A DNA stretch of 63,965 nt from positions 1-63,965 of IMG/VR virus record IMGVR_UViG_3300033145_000191; one strand, given 5' to 3'. Shown piece by piece: positions 1 to 9,284 of this stretch. How positions within the stretch are numbered: position 1 is the first letter of the stretch; each line of letters begins with the position of its first letter. The DNA is from a virus. Lineage: Duplodnaviria; Caudoviricetes. A model generated the notes under the pieces. That model was given only the letters and a program-made list of their open reading frames with translations. It made no database searches and had not been told where the DNA came from. The translations under genes were made by a program, and so were the position numbers.

Positions 1-114
1 TCATCAGTTGCAGCCTTGAGACCGGCGTGAATGGTTTCACGCTCCTTGACGCCTTGTGCACTTTGCTCTTTCGACAACTTATAGATTCCGATAAGACCAA
101 GATTCGGATTCCAG
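1..114. repeat. Terminal direct repeat, left copy (circular assembly overlap)
   Basis: 1-114 is identical to 63852-63965 and lies mid-gene, so it is most likely an assembly overlap. Confidence 0.95.
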
Positions 115-254
115 CCATCGATAAGCGCCCCAGCGAGTTGCTTTCGGTCATTCGCGTCAGCGAATGGATTTCCAACACGCGACACATTGTCCGCGCTGAA
201 AGCATGCACGCGGGCCAGTTGCATCATCGGTAAGTTCGTAGAAGAACTGTCCAT
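1..254 (-). CDS. N-terminal part of divergent ParB-like protein (continues across the junction into 63089-63965)
   Basis: ATG at 254 with an upstream AGGAG; open and in frame with ORF 63089..63928 (MDSSSTNLPMMQLARVHAF...GIYKLSKEQ); 338 aa in total. Confidence 0.8.
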   Translation of the reverse strand, partial: MDSSSTNLPMMQLARVHAFSADNVSRVGNPFADANDRKQLAGALIDGWNPNLGLIGIYKLSKEQSAQGVKERETIHAGLKAATD

Positions 255-321
255 GATTTCGCTCCTGTCTACCCTAACGGGCACTAACTTGGGCGACAAG
301 GCGGCAAAGCGGGCCACGAAT

Positions 322-346
322 ATCAACACGCGGGACACTTGCGGCG
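322..346. repeat. 25-bp inverted repeat, copy 1 (ATCAACACGCGGGACACTTGCGGCG)
   Basis: Perfect reverse complement of 583-607; near-copy at 62614-62632. Confidence 0.9.
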
Positions 347-359
347 GTTAAGGTTTTGA

Positions 360-566
360 TTATCTTGGAGTGATAATGTCCTGGTAGTCACTCTCTAGCT
401 TGACTAGCACTCCTTCTACAGCGTGTAGTCTCTTGTGGGTTTTCATGTGCAGTTGTGCTATCTGAATGCGGGCACCAATGTTTATTTTTCCGCCCGATTC
501 CTGTTTCTGTAAGGCTATGAAGGCGTTCGTTGTCATGTGGTCGAGGTCTTTGAAGTAGTCAACCAT
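360..566 (-). CDS. Small hypothetical protein (68 aa) bracketed by inverted repeats
   Basis: ATG at 566 preceded by AGGAG; part of ORF 360..590. Confidence 0.65.
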   Translation of the reverse strand: MVDYFKDLDHMTTNAFIALQKQESGGKINIGARIQIAQLHMKTHKRLHAVEGVLVKLESDYQDIITPR

Positions 567-582
567 ATAATACTCCTGTTCT

Positions 583-607
583 CGCCGCAAGTGTCCCGCG
601 TGTTGAT
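583..607. repeat. 25-bp inverted repeat, copy 2
   Basis: CGCCGCAAGTGTCCCGCGTGTTGAT, reverse complement of 322-346. Confidence 0.9.
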
Positions 608-926
608 CGTGGTGTGCAGACTCTACCTTTCCCGCGAGACTTCACATATAGAAGTCTTTATATCTTTATTAACTCGCGTTCAGTCTTATCGTCAACGTCA
701 CCCCATCCACATTACCTAAGACTAGCCCACTGTTTGAGCATGGTAATGTCCTGTCTCTAACGTCAACTATCACACCGTCATATTGTATTGACAGTCCGTC
801 CGCCGTATCGGCTAGACGGTAGTCCGTGTGAATGTTCTATGAACACCACACCACATGCTATTGGATTACTACTTCCATTCCTGCTACCTACTACTACGGA
901 AATAGATTTTCAAAAGTCAAATGACA

Positions 927-1137
927 TAAACTGCTGCTACTAAAGGACTTATGACATGCCTGTATGTATACGCGCCATAAGTCCTTTGACAGTAACAACT
1001 TATAGCGGCGATATTTTTTTCAAGTATTTTGGATACTAAAATCATTCCGTGTATTGCCATAACCCGTTTCATACCAACGACTTACGACGTTGCTACACAT
1101 CTAGCAACGTCGTAAGTCCTTTGACCATATAGACTTA
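927..1137. promoter_or_regulatory. Four 25-bp TAAGTC-N13-GACTTA-type dyad elements in two pairs
   Basis: Copies at 927-951, 978-1002, 1060-1084, 1113-1137; perfect 17-bp inverted repeat 1079-1095/1102-1118; 12-bp inverted repeat 942-953/976-987. Confidence 0.65.
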
Positions 1138-1277
1138 TATTTCGTGGACATGCTCCATTAATGATGTTATACTAAGGCCGGAATTGAGAACCGGATAGGG
1201 GCAGGGACACGATGTTAAATCTAGATATGAAAGGGTTGAAGATGTGTTACAGTCGTCTACTTTTAAGGAGTGTAGAA

Positions 1278-1421
1278 ATGAGTAAATGGTTAAGGTTAGG
1301 TTTGAGAATAGATAGAATTGAAAGATTGTATAATGTTGGAATTATCACACGTGTTGAACTGTGGTGGTATCGACTCAAGTGGATATGTCTAACAATACTT
1401 TGGAGAGGGAAAGGAGTGTAG
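1278..1421 (+). CDS. Small hypothetical protein
   Basis: AAGGAG then ATG at 1278 within ORF 1212..1421. Confidence 0.5.
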   Translation: MSKWLRLGLRIDRIERLYNVGIITRVELWWYRLKWICLTILWRGKGV

Positions 1422-1423
1422 AT

Positions 1424-1669
1424 ATGTTAGGATTAAGTGTTGAGCGTATGGAGTCATGTAATGACTATCGTGTTGGTGATCATGTAATGGTAACCAACGG
1501 TATAAGTGAGGATGTCCCCATATATGTAATTACAAAAGTGAGGACATTTAATGGTCACAATTCGTATTATCTAACATATGTATGTGCTAACGGGCAACGT
1601 TACTATCGATGGGTCGGTGGTAATGACATATATGCTAAGGTAACACTAATAGATAGTGAAAGGATATAG
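1424..1669 (+). CDS. Hypothetical protein (beta-rich, possibly SH3-like)
   Basis: AAGGAG RBS; YRVGDHVMV start; within ORF 1361..1669. Confidence 0.55.
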   Translation: MLGLSVERMESCNDYRVGDHVMVTNGISEDVPIYVITKVRTFNGHNSYYLTYVCANGQRYYRWVGGNDIYAKVTLIDSERI

Positions 1670-1671
1670 AT

Positions 1672-1893
1672 ATGAAAGTAATAACAGATGAATATGCGTG
1701 GTTAGATGACCCGATGAATCATGAATATGCAGATAAGTATGCAAGATACATCACTGAACATCTAAAACTGAAAGGAGGTATAAGTGAAGAACATCAGATG
1801 AATATACTTGTGAAGTATGCCAACAAAGTAACTAGGTTTGGACTTATCTCGATGCGTGCTCTGCCAATGAAAAAGGAGTATCAACATGCGTAA
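1672..1893 (+). CDS. Hypothetical protein
   Basis: ORF with RBS, tightly packed with neighbours. Confidence 0.55.
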   Translation: MKVITDEYAWLDDPMNHEYADKYARYITEHLKLKGGISEEHQMNILVKYANKVTRFGLISMRALPMKKEYQHA

Positions 1894-2161
1894 GTATGAA
1901 CAAGCAAAAGGCGTTAGTCGAATACTCATGTCAGATATGGACACGGTAGCAAATCTCAGTCGCACATGGCGTGGACGAAAGGTGTTGCGTGCAATTAAAC
2001 ATAATTGGAAACGTAACAGAACTTCAAGTCTACCCGCGTCCATGCCACGGGTATCGTATCAAACTAGATATGTAGACTTCATCGATGCCGACGGAAAACG
2101 GATACGCGGTCGGTTCTACATATCAAGAGATAAACGATACATCCGAGCAAAACGTAGTTAA
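1886..2161 (+). CDS. Basic hypothetical protein
   Basis: AAGGAG RBS; Arg/Lys-rich ORF. Confidence 0.55.
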   Translation: MRKYEQAKGVSRILMSDMDTVANLSRTWRGRKVLRAIKHNWKRNRTSSLPASMPRVSYQTRYVDFIDADGKRIRGRFYISRDKRYIRAKRS

Positions 2162-2165
2162 ATGT

Positions 2166-2199
2166 AGGATACTCCATCTGATGCTAGGTGGAGTATCTT
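2166..2199 (+). terminator. Stem-loop, probable terminator
   Basis: AGGATACTCCATCT...AGGTGGAGTATCTT just after the stop codon. Confidence 0.55.
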
Positions 2200-2375
2200 A
2201 TGGTTATATACGTGGAGAGGTCTACACGGGTGGGTTATCTACATGAATGAAGATGAATATATGTGTAAGTATCGCTTTACCCTCGCTACTGTGTGAACTC
2301 TTAAAAAAAATTTATAGGGTGGGTTATTTAGACACTTGATTTCAAAATCTCGCCAAAAGAAATAATGATTTACTA

Positions 2376-2412
2376 CTTAAAAAATCATTAAAAATCCCGT
2401 AAAGGGTTGTAT
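2376..2412 (+). promoter_or_regulatory. Candidate phage-specific promoter (CTTAAAAAATCA-N4-AAATCCCGTAAAG)
   Basis: Same 12+13 bp blocks with the same spacing at 35930-35958; both lie upstream of major rightward operons. Confidence 0.55.
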
Positions 2413-2460
2413 AGGAATTGTGTTTTTGATTAAAAAATCTGTCCAAATTCTGGAATCACC

Positions 2461-3033
2461 ATGAAAAATGACGCTAAAATTAAGAAGTGTGCAGAAGATT
2501 CTCCAAATCGCTGCCAACACACAAGACCCTTGTATGGGCAATGTCCAAATGAATCTGTCTGCCTCCCCAATGGACAGTATGGCACTAGGTGTCTTGCCCA
2601 TGGTGGCAACAGACAAATTGCGTCTGCTGAGCAAAAAGCCACACGGATTTATAACATCAGTATTGTTAAATACCAAAAACGACTTGAAGAACATTCAGCT
2701 AATAAGAATCTTAAATCCCTCCGCGAAGATATCGGTATCTTGCGTCTTTTACTTGAAACACGTTTGAATAGAATTAAAGATGATACCGATTTACTGATTC
2801 AATCCTCAGCAATTTCTGATCTTGTTTTGAAAATTGAAAGACTTGTTCTTTCTTGCAATAAGCTTGAAGGTAGTATGAAAAAGCTTGTCGACAAGGCTGC
2901 TATTATTCAATTTGCTAGTGAGATTATTGAAGTGATTGGCAACATCCTTGAAGGTAAAGAGGATTTGATAGAGAAAATTGCCGATGGTATTATCGGTGCA
3001 CTCGGAAGAATGGGAGATGATGAGGATATTTAA
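2461..3033 (+). CDS. Putative terminase small subunit
   Basis: Directly upstream of large terminase; Cys/His N-terminus (RC...QC...RCLAHGG) and helical C-terminus. Confidence 0.7.
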   Translation: MKNDAKIKKCAEDSPNRCQHTRPLYGQCPNESVCLPNGQYGTRCLAHGGNRQIASAEQKATRIYNISIVKYQKRLEEHSANKNLKSLREDIGILRLLLETRLNRIKDDTDLLIQSSAISDLVLKIERLVLSCNKLEGSMKKLVDKAAIIQFASEIIEVIGNILEGKEDLIEKIADGIIGALGRMGDDEDI

Positions 3034-3035
3034 TA

Positions 3036-4697
3036 ATGGAACACAAATTATTAACGGCACTTCGCGAGCGTGTCACTGCTGGTCTCAAACGTAAAACTAT
3101 AACAACTTGCAGCAAGTGGTCAAAAGCGTATCGTATTATGGGTAAACCGTTTCCTGGTCCGTGGACAAACAAGTGGCACCCATGGACTGATGAAATGATG
3201 GACTGTAAATCTGAACTAATGGTTGGTGAAAAGGCCGCTCAGATGGCCTATACTGAAGTTTGTTTGAATAAAACGTTCTTTAATATCGACGTAAAAGCGG
3301 AAAGTGTCTTATATGTGTTACCGGCATCTAAGCCGGATGCTCATGACTTTTCTACAGGGCGTTTTGATCCTGCACTTGAAGCTAGTCCTCATTTACAGCA
3401 GATGTTTACTGATGTTCAGAATATTGGACATAAACGTGCAGGTAACGCAAACCTTTATATTCGCGGGTCGCGCTCACGAAGTCAATTAAAGTCGATTCCC
3501 GTGCCTAATATGGTATTTGATGAAGTTGATGAAATGGCACAGGATAATATTCCACTTGCCTTTGAGCGTGCTGCAGGTCAAGTTAGTAAACAGATACTAA
3601 TGATTTCGACGCCTACTGTAGATAATTACGGTATCGATAAATATTATCAAAACACAACACAAGAGCACTTTTTCTTTAGATGTATGAAATGTGGAAAATT
3701 AACAGAGCTTATATTCCCTGAATGTCTTGTTATTACAGCTGAGGATATTACTGATAAAAATATTGCTAATTCTTATATTAAGTGTAAAGAGTGTGATGGT
3801 AAAATCCCACATACTGATAAGTGGAAATGGTTTGAAAGTGGTCTTTGGGTTCCGAAATATACTGATAGAGAATCAAGAGGATTTCATATCAACCAATTAT
3901 ATTCATCTGCTGTTGCGGGTCGCCCATCTGAACTTGCTAGGGGGTATTTAAAATCACTGACGAATCCAGCAGATGAACAAGAATTTTTTAATTCAAAACT
4001 TGGAGAAGTTCATATTGTAGATGGCGCAGCTGTCACTGATATTGAAATCGAAGAATGTATCGGTAATCATATCATGATAAATAGTAAGAAAGCTGTTAAG
4101 ATGGTTACAATAGGAATTGATGTTGGTAAGTGGCTTCATTATGAGATTGATGAGTGGACTATTACACCAATACCCGGTATTCCTGACCTTGCACTTAGTT
4201 CTACATGTAAGGTTCTAAAAGCCGGAAAAGTAATTACATTTAATGAAATCATTCAGCTTCTTAGAGTTTTTGAAATAACAGCAGGTGTTATTGATGCTAA
4301 TCCTGAGTATCGAAAAGCTTTGGAGCTTTGTCGGGCGTGTCAAGGAATGATGCGCATGTGTTATTACAGTTCAAGTAATACTAGTAAAAATATTGTTGTT
4401 CATGATGATAAAGAATTTACTATTACTGTAGATAGAACAGCATGGATGGATGTTGGACTTGGTAGATTTCATAATCGAACAATTACGCTGCCTATTAATA
4501 TTCCATTTGAGTATAAAAAGCACGTAAAAGCACCTATTCGAATTTATGAAAAAGATAAGAACGGAAATCCTATTGGTCGTTATGTGACAAAGGATAATGT
4601 GCAAGATCATCATGCACACGCTCGAACCTATGCTGAAATTGCCTTAGAAGTAGGTGCTAGCTTTGGTATGCATGAAGATTTATCAGGTATCATATAA
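3036..4697 (+). CDS. Terminase large subunit, lambda GpA family
   Basis: KAAQMAYTE Walker A-like, VFDEVDE Walker B, ISTPT, CxxC...CxxC zinc motif, GFHINQLYS, IGIDVG nuclease motif. Confidence 0.92.
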   Translation: MEHKLLTALRERVTAGLKRKTITTCSKWSKAYRIMGKPFPGPWTNKWHPWTDEMMDCKSELMVGEKAAQMAYTEVCLNKTFFNIDVKAESVLYVLPASKPDAHDFSTGRFDPALEASPHLQQMFTDVQNIGHKRAGNANLYIRGSRSRSQLKSIPVPNMVFDEVDEMAQDNIPLAFERAAGQVSKQILMISTPTVDNYGIDKYYQNTTQEHFFFRCMKCGKLTELIFPECLVITAEDITDKNIANSYIKCKECDGKIPHTDKWKWFESGLWVPKYTDRESRGFHINQLYSSAVAGRPSELARGYLKSLTNPADEQEFFNSKLGEVHIVDGAAVTDIEIEECIGNHIMINSKKAVKMVTIGIDVGKWLHYEIDEWTITPIPGIPDLALSSTCKVLKAGKVITFNEIIQLLRVFEITAGVIDANPEYRKALELCRACQGMMRMCYYSSSNTSKNIVVHDDKEFTITVDRTAWMDVGLGRFHNRTITLPINIPFEYKKHVKAPIRIYEKDKNGNPIGRYVTKDNVQDHHAHARTYAEIALEVGASFGMHEDLSGII

Positions 4698-4716
4698 TTC
4701 AGAGAGGACTGTTTAG

Positions 4717-6411
4717 ATGAAAGTTAATGAAATTGTTCATCCGGATTATGATGCCATGTCTTCAAAGTGGACAAAGTATCGCTATACATTTGCTGGTGGA
4801 TCTGATTTTATCAACAAATATTTGAAAAGTTTAAGCACCCGAGAAGAAACTGCTGACTTTTCAACTCGTAAAGAAATTTCTTACTGTCCGGCCCATGCCA
4901 AATCATCGATTATGGAAATCAAAAATGCTATCTTTCAGCGGATGGTAGACATCACGCGTGAAGGTGGCTCAAAAACATATCAAGAGGCTATTCGAGGTAA
5001 TATGCGCGGTGTTGACCGCGCCGGTAACAATATGAATGGTTATATTGGACGGCTTATTTTGCCCGAACTACTTGCACTCGGTAAAATAGGTGTGTATATT
5101 GATCGTGCAGAAGGTATCGAGGATCTTACATTGGCTGATACTGTCGAGAAACATCCTTACCTTTATCGGTATCAGGCTGAAGCTATACGTGCATGGAGTT
5201 TTGATATTGAAAATAAGTTAGATTCATTGCTTTTACAGGACACTCGGGATGAAAAGGATGAAGATACCGGTCTTGTTGTTGGCACAGAGACTGTTTATCG
5301 TCTTTTGAAAAAGCAAGATGGTGTTGTAACTATTAAATTCTATGATGCTATAGGACAACCATTAATAGGTGAAGAATATACGCTTGGTATTTCTGAAATA
5401 CCATTTGTTATTTTTGAGATTTCCCAATCATTGCTAACAGATGTATCTGATTACCAAATTGCTCTTTTAAATCTTGCATCATCGGATATGAGTTATGCTT
5501 TGAAATCAAATTACCCGTTTTATACAGAACAATCTAGTCCATTAGCTAATCCATTCATTAAATCAGCTATGACCGGCGGCGTGAGCGGGTCTGAACCTGG
5601 TGAAGCGAGTGAAGCGGATACAGCTAAGCCTAAAGAGATAATTGTTGGGTCTACTGATGGGCGAAGTTATCCTAAAGGCACTGAACGCCCTGGGTTCATC
5701 CACCCGTCGCCGGAACCACTTCGTGTGAGTATGGAAAAACAGAAAGAATTGATTCAGGAAATCAGACAGCTTGTTAATCTTGCTGTTACTAACATTGTGC
5801 CGACCAGAGCATCTGCTGAGAGCAAGAAAATAGACATGGGCGGCCTTGAGGCGGGGCTTTCTTACATTGGTCTTGAACTTGAATATGGCGAACGTCAGAT
5901 TCAGGAAATCTGGTCAATGTATGAAGGAACTAGTGATATTGCAACAATCAATTACCCTGAACGTTATGATTTACGTTCAGATGAGGATCGACGAGTAGAA
6001 GCTGAAAAAGATTCAGAAATCATGGAAACTATTGCTTCTCCGACGTTTCAAAAGGTGATGGCTAAAAAGATTGTGAGAACAATGATTGGCCATCAAATAT
6101 CAAATGAAGAAATGGATAAAATTAATACTGAAATTGATTCTGCTCCATTTGTCGTTGTGCGCCGTAAAGATTATCTAGAGATTGACCTTGAAAATGGCCT
6201 TGTGAGTGCTGCTACTGCTAGTAGGGCTTGTGGTTATCCTGATGGGGAAGTAGAGATTGCTCAAAAAGAAAAGGCTAAAAGACTTGCAGTTATTAAAGAG
6301 TCTCAAGAATCTAGTGACCCTGCTTCCCGGGGTAATCCGGATGAGTCAGTAGATACACAAAGTGCTACTAATGAGAAAATTGTAAGTCAGGATGAAGATA
6401 ATAATGAGTAA
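4717..6411 (+). CDS. Portal protein
   Basis: 564 aa, follows terminase; HPDY...W..YR....GG N-terminus typical of phage portals. Confidence 0.82.
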   Translation: MKVNEIVHPDYDAMSSKWTKYRYTFAGGSDFINKYLKSLSTREETADFSTRKEISYCPAHAKSSIMEIKNAIFQRMVDITREGGSKTYQEAIRGNMRGVDRAGNNMNGYIGRLILPELLALGKIGVYIDRAEGIEDLTLADTVEKHPYLYRYQAEAIRAWSFDIENKLDSLLLQDTRDEKDEDTGLVVGTETVYRLLKKQDGVVTIKFYDAIGQPLIGEEYTLGISEIPFVIFEISQSLLTDVSDYQIALLNLASSDMSYALKSNYPFYTEQSSPLANPFIKSAMTGGVSGSEPGEASEADTAKPKEIIVGSTDGRSYPKGTERPGFIHPSPEPLRVSMEKQKELIQEIRQLVNLAVTNIVPTRASAESKKIDMGGLEAGLSYIGLELEYGERQIQEIWSMYEGTSDIATINYPERYDLRSDEDRRVEAEKDSEIMETIASPTFQKVMAKKIVRTMIGHQISNEEMDKINTEIDSAPFVVVRRKDYLEIDLENGLVSAATASRACGYPDGEVEIAQKEKAKRLAVIKESQESSDPASRGNPDESVDTQSATNEKIVSQDEDNNE

Positions 6412-6471
6412 CAGTATTTATAGTCAAAAAAGCTGCATAAACACAGTTAGCGGCGGGGCAGGAGGTGGTTA

Positions 6472-7191
6472 ATGACCATTAGAAACTATTATTGGAATGG
6501 GTCAGCCGACAACGGGAACTGGATGGATGATACCAATTTCGAGCAAGAGGATGGTTCCCCTGTCGATGGTGACCCCACCTATGGCACAAATGATATGGGT
6601 CCGGGATGGGCATCTGGAGACCCAGCCGATCCGGGCAACACGGACAACGTCTTTTTCCTTGGAGCGAGGCTGTTAGGAACTAAGCTGGCAAACGGCCCCG
6701 CTGACAAGGAACGTAGGTGCCATGATTGCACGATGGACAAAGCATATGCCGACGCCGCAGGAACAAATCTTATTAATCCAAATAGTGGGTATGCTGTAGA
6801 GTATGCTGGCACGGTCATCGTTTATGGTGCGACGGACATCAAGGACGGCTTTATGAACGGGTGGGGAGATATTTACCTTCATGGCACAAGCAGTCTAAGT
6901 GTTGATGAGTCGTCAACAGTCGGTGATGTATACTTGTATGACGGAATACACAGTATTCCATATTCGTGTTCTGGTGCTTATGGCACAGTTTATTTGATGG
7001 ATGATGATGCGAAAGCCAATCCGCAAGGAGCGGCAGGTCTTCCTGACTACTGTATTGACTCGACGATTGTAATTCCGAGTGCTGGAAACGTAGCGATTGG
7101 ACAAGGGAATTATGGATTTGAGGCATCAATAGTTCCGACTCTTGATATTACAGCTGACAACCCACGCCGCAGTGGCGGTATTCCAATTTAA
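6472..7191 (+). CDS. Hypothetical, probably virion-associated acidic beta-rich protein
   Basis: AGGAGG RBS; YYWNG...GNW motif; Gly/Asp-rich. Confidence 0.6.
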   Translation: MTIRNYYWNGSADNGNWMDDTNFEQEDGSPVDGDPTYGTNDMGPGWASGDPADPGNTDNVFFLGARLLGTKLANGPADKERRCHDCTMDKAYADAAGTNLINPNSGYAVEYAGTVIVYGATDIKDGFMNGWGDIYLHGTSSLSVDESSTVGDVYLYDGIHSIPYSCSGAYGTVYLMDDDAKANPQGAAGLPDYCIDSTIVIPSAGNVAIGQGNYGFEASIVPTLDITADNPRRSGGIPI

Positions 7192-7201
7192 GGAGAAGCA
7201 A

Positions 7202-7501
7202 ATGGATATACCTTTTAGACCTATTGCAGAATGGGAAGAAGGTCGACACGATCTTGTAGATACTGCAGAAAGTCTTTTGACGTTTAATAATTCTCATCAA
7301 AGAATTGATTTATGGCTTGATACTGGTGGCACAACAATTCATGTAAGTATTAATCCATCGCTGTCATGTGATGATACAAAACCGAAACTTAGTGCTGACA
7401 TGGGTGTGCATCCTATTGTTAGTGGTGAAGGGATTGTTGCAATCAGGTTCTACTCGCCGAGTAACCTGACAGCTGAAGCAGTTAATTATAGGGCAAAATA
7501 G
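7202..7501 (+). CDS. Hypothetical small beta protein (possible decoration protein)
   Basis: AAGGAG RBS; inside head module. Confidence 0.55.
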   Translation: MDIPFRPIAEWEEGRHDLVDTAESLLTFNNSHQRIDLWLDTGGTTIHVSINPSLSCDDTKPKLSADMGVHPIVSGEGIVAIRFYSPSNLTAEAVNYRAK

Positions 7502-8682
7502 TGGCTGACAACATTAAATTACCAACTAAAGGTGATGAAGGTGCTGTTTCTCCAATTATAGCGACAACTGATGAAAGTAGTGTTCATTTTCAGCGAATTA
7601 TTCTTGCTGGTAGTAATGGTTCTTCTTTGATTAATGTAGATGTTCTTAATCGAAAGTTAAGAACCTTATCTTTACCTTATACTTATGGTATATCTAAAGA
7701 TATTATTTCTGGTCATGAACCTATAACTATAATGGGTTATAATGTTGATGTTGATTCAATTGAAGAAGATATTTGGGCTATTGGTGGTAGATACATTCCG
7801 CCAACAGCGGCTATGCAATTAGAGGTAACATCAGATAGTGCTGAAGATGATAGTGGCACTGTTACTTTTTCAGGGACGGCAGACACGGTAATTACCTCTG
7901 ATATTTCAAATAATGAAGGGATTATTACACTTACTGATGCATCTAAAGATTTTACTGCCGGTGGCGCACCAGTTGTTGCAGGTGATAAAATTCTTTTAAT
8001 GGATGATATAGTTCTAGCAACTGTTACAAATGTAACGGCTACTGTTCTTACTGCTAGCACAACTCATATTGATGATGTTGTTACACTATCGGCTATAGAT
8101 TATAACATCATTGATATTTCTGTAATGGGAACTGGCACAGGTGTTATTTGTTTACATTATCTTGATGAAAATTATGTAGAACATTCTGAGTATGTTATTC
8201 TTGATGGGACTAATGTTGTTACAACAACTGCAATTAATATTCTACGTGTTAATCATGTGCACAGTATTATAGTTGGAACTACAGGATTCTGTGTTGGTAA
8301 TATTGATGTAAGACACTTAACTAATACACCAATATACCGAAGAATGATAACTGGAACTAATTCAGATCAAGATTCATTTTATACTGTTCCAGCAGGAAAG
8401 ATATTGTATATTACAAATGTGCAAGTTTCTTCTGGTTATACAACGAATTTTAGATTAACATTAACTAAATTATTAGCTACTGTTTCTGTGGGGCATCATT
8501 ATAGGGCGCCAGGAATTTTTATGAGGCACAAATCAACAATGACACAGGATACAAATACAAATCTTCATTTTGAAATGCCACTTAAAATGCCAGCTAAAAC
8601 AGATATTAAGATGGCATCAAGATGCCCTGAGTCAAATGCAATTGTTAGTGTTAGTTATATAGGTTGGTTGGAGTTAGTATAA
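7501..8682 (+). CDS. Hypothetical virion protein (Thr/Val-rich)
   Basis: 393 aa; GYNxDVD...EDIW and YTVPAGK motifs as seen in phage accessory virion proteins. Confidence 0.6.
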   Translation: MADNIKLPTKGDEGAVSPIIATTDESSVHFQRIILAGSNGSSLINVDVLNRKLRTLSLPYTYGISKDIISGHEPITIMGYNVDVDSIEEDIWAIGGRYIPPTAAMQLEVTSDSAEDDSGTVTFSGTADTVITSDISNNEGIITLTDASKDFTAGGAPVVAGDKILLMDDIVLATVTNVTATVLTASTTHIDDVVTLSAIDYNIIDISVMGTGTGVICLHYLDENYVEHSEYVILDGTNVVTTTAINILRVNHVHSIIVGTTGFCVGNIDVRHLTNTPIYRRMITGTNSDQDSFYTVPAGKILYITNVQVSSGYTTNFRLTLTKLLATVSVGHHYRAPGIFMRHKSTMTQDTNTNLHFEMPLKMPAKTDIKMASRCPESNAIVSVSYIGWLELV

Positions 8683-8809
8683 TGTCATTACTACTAATAT
8701 TTCAATCAAAGCAACGGAAACGGAAAAAGAAACAAGAAGTTTTAAAAGAGAATCGTGGCTACAAAGCTGGTAGTAGTAGTAAGAAATTAACAACTTAAAG
8801 GATAAGCTA

Positions 8810-9277
8810 ATGGCTATTGATTTAATAACTGACTCTTATGTAACTACTATTGCTCAAGGCGATACGTGGTTTGAGAGCAGGGTTGGCGCAGATGCGTGGG
8901 ATGATGCTTCTGATGCCGATCAAACAAAAGCATTAGCTCATGCTACGAAAATCATCGATTCACTTAACTTCTTGGGAGAGATGACTTCATCAACACAAAT
9001 ACATCAATTCCCAAGATACGAGGATACTAGTTATCCTGATGATATAATTAGTGCTTGTTGCGAAATAGCACTTGCACTACTTGATGATGTTGACATGGAA
9101 GCCGAAGTTGAAAACATGAGGATGATTTCACAAGGCTACGGAAGTGCCAGGTCTACCTACGACCCGACACTTGGGCCTGAGCATATTCGTGCAGGTGTGC
9201 CGAGTGCTACTGCTTGGCGCTATCTCCGACCCTATCTGCGCGACCCCCAGGCTATTAAACTAAGTAGGGGTTCGTAA
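8810..9277 (+). CDS. Head-tail adaptor (DnaT-like family)
   Basis: SYVT...W...ALAHAT..ID...QFPR...ACCEIAL...YLRPYL pattern. Confidence 0.72.
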   Translation: MAIDLITDSYVTTIAQGDTWFESRVGADAWDDASDADQTKALAHATKIIDSLNFLGEMTSSTQIHQFPRYEDTSYPDDIISACCEIALALLDDVDMEAEVENMRMISQGYGSARSTYDPTLGPEHIRAGVPSATAWRYLRPYLRDPQAIKLSRGS

Positions 9278-9284
9278 GGAGAGT

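Noticed and set aside
1-114. Biological terminal repeat
   Set aside because: It falls in the middle of a coding sequence and is best explained as assembler overlap
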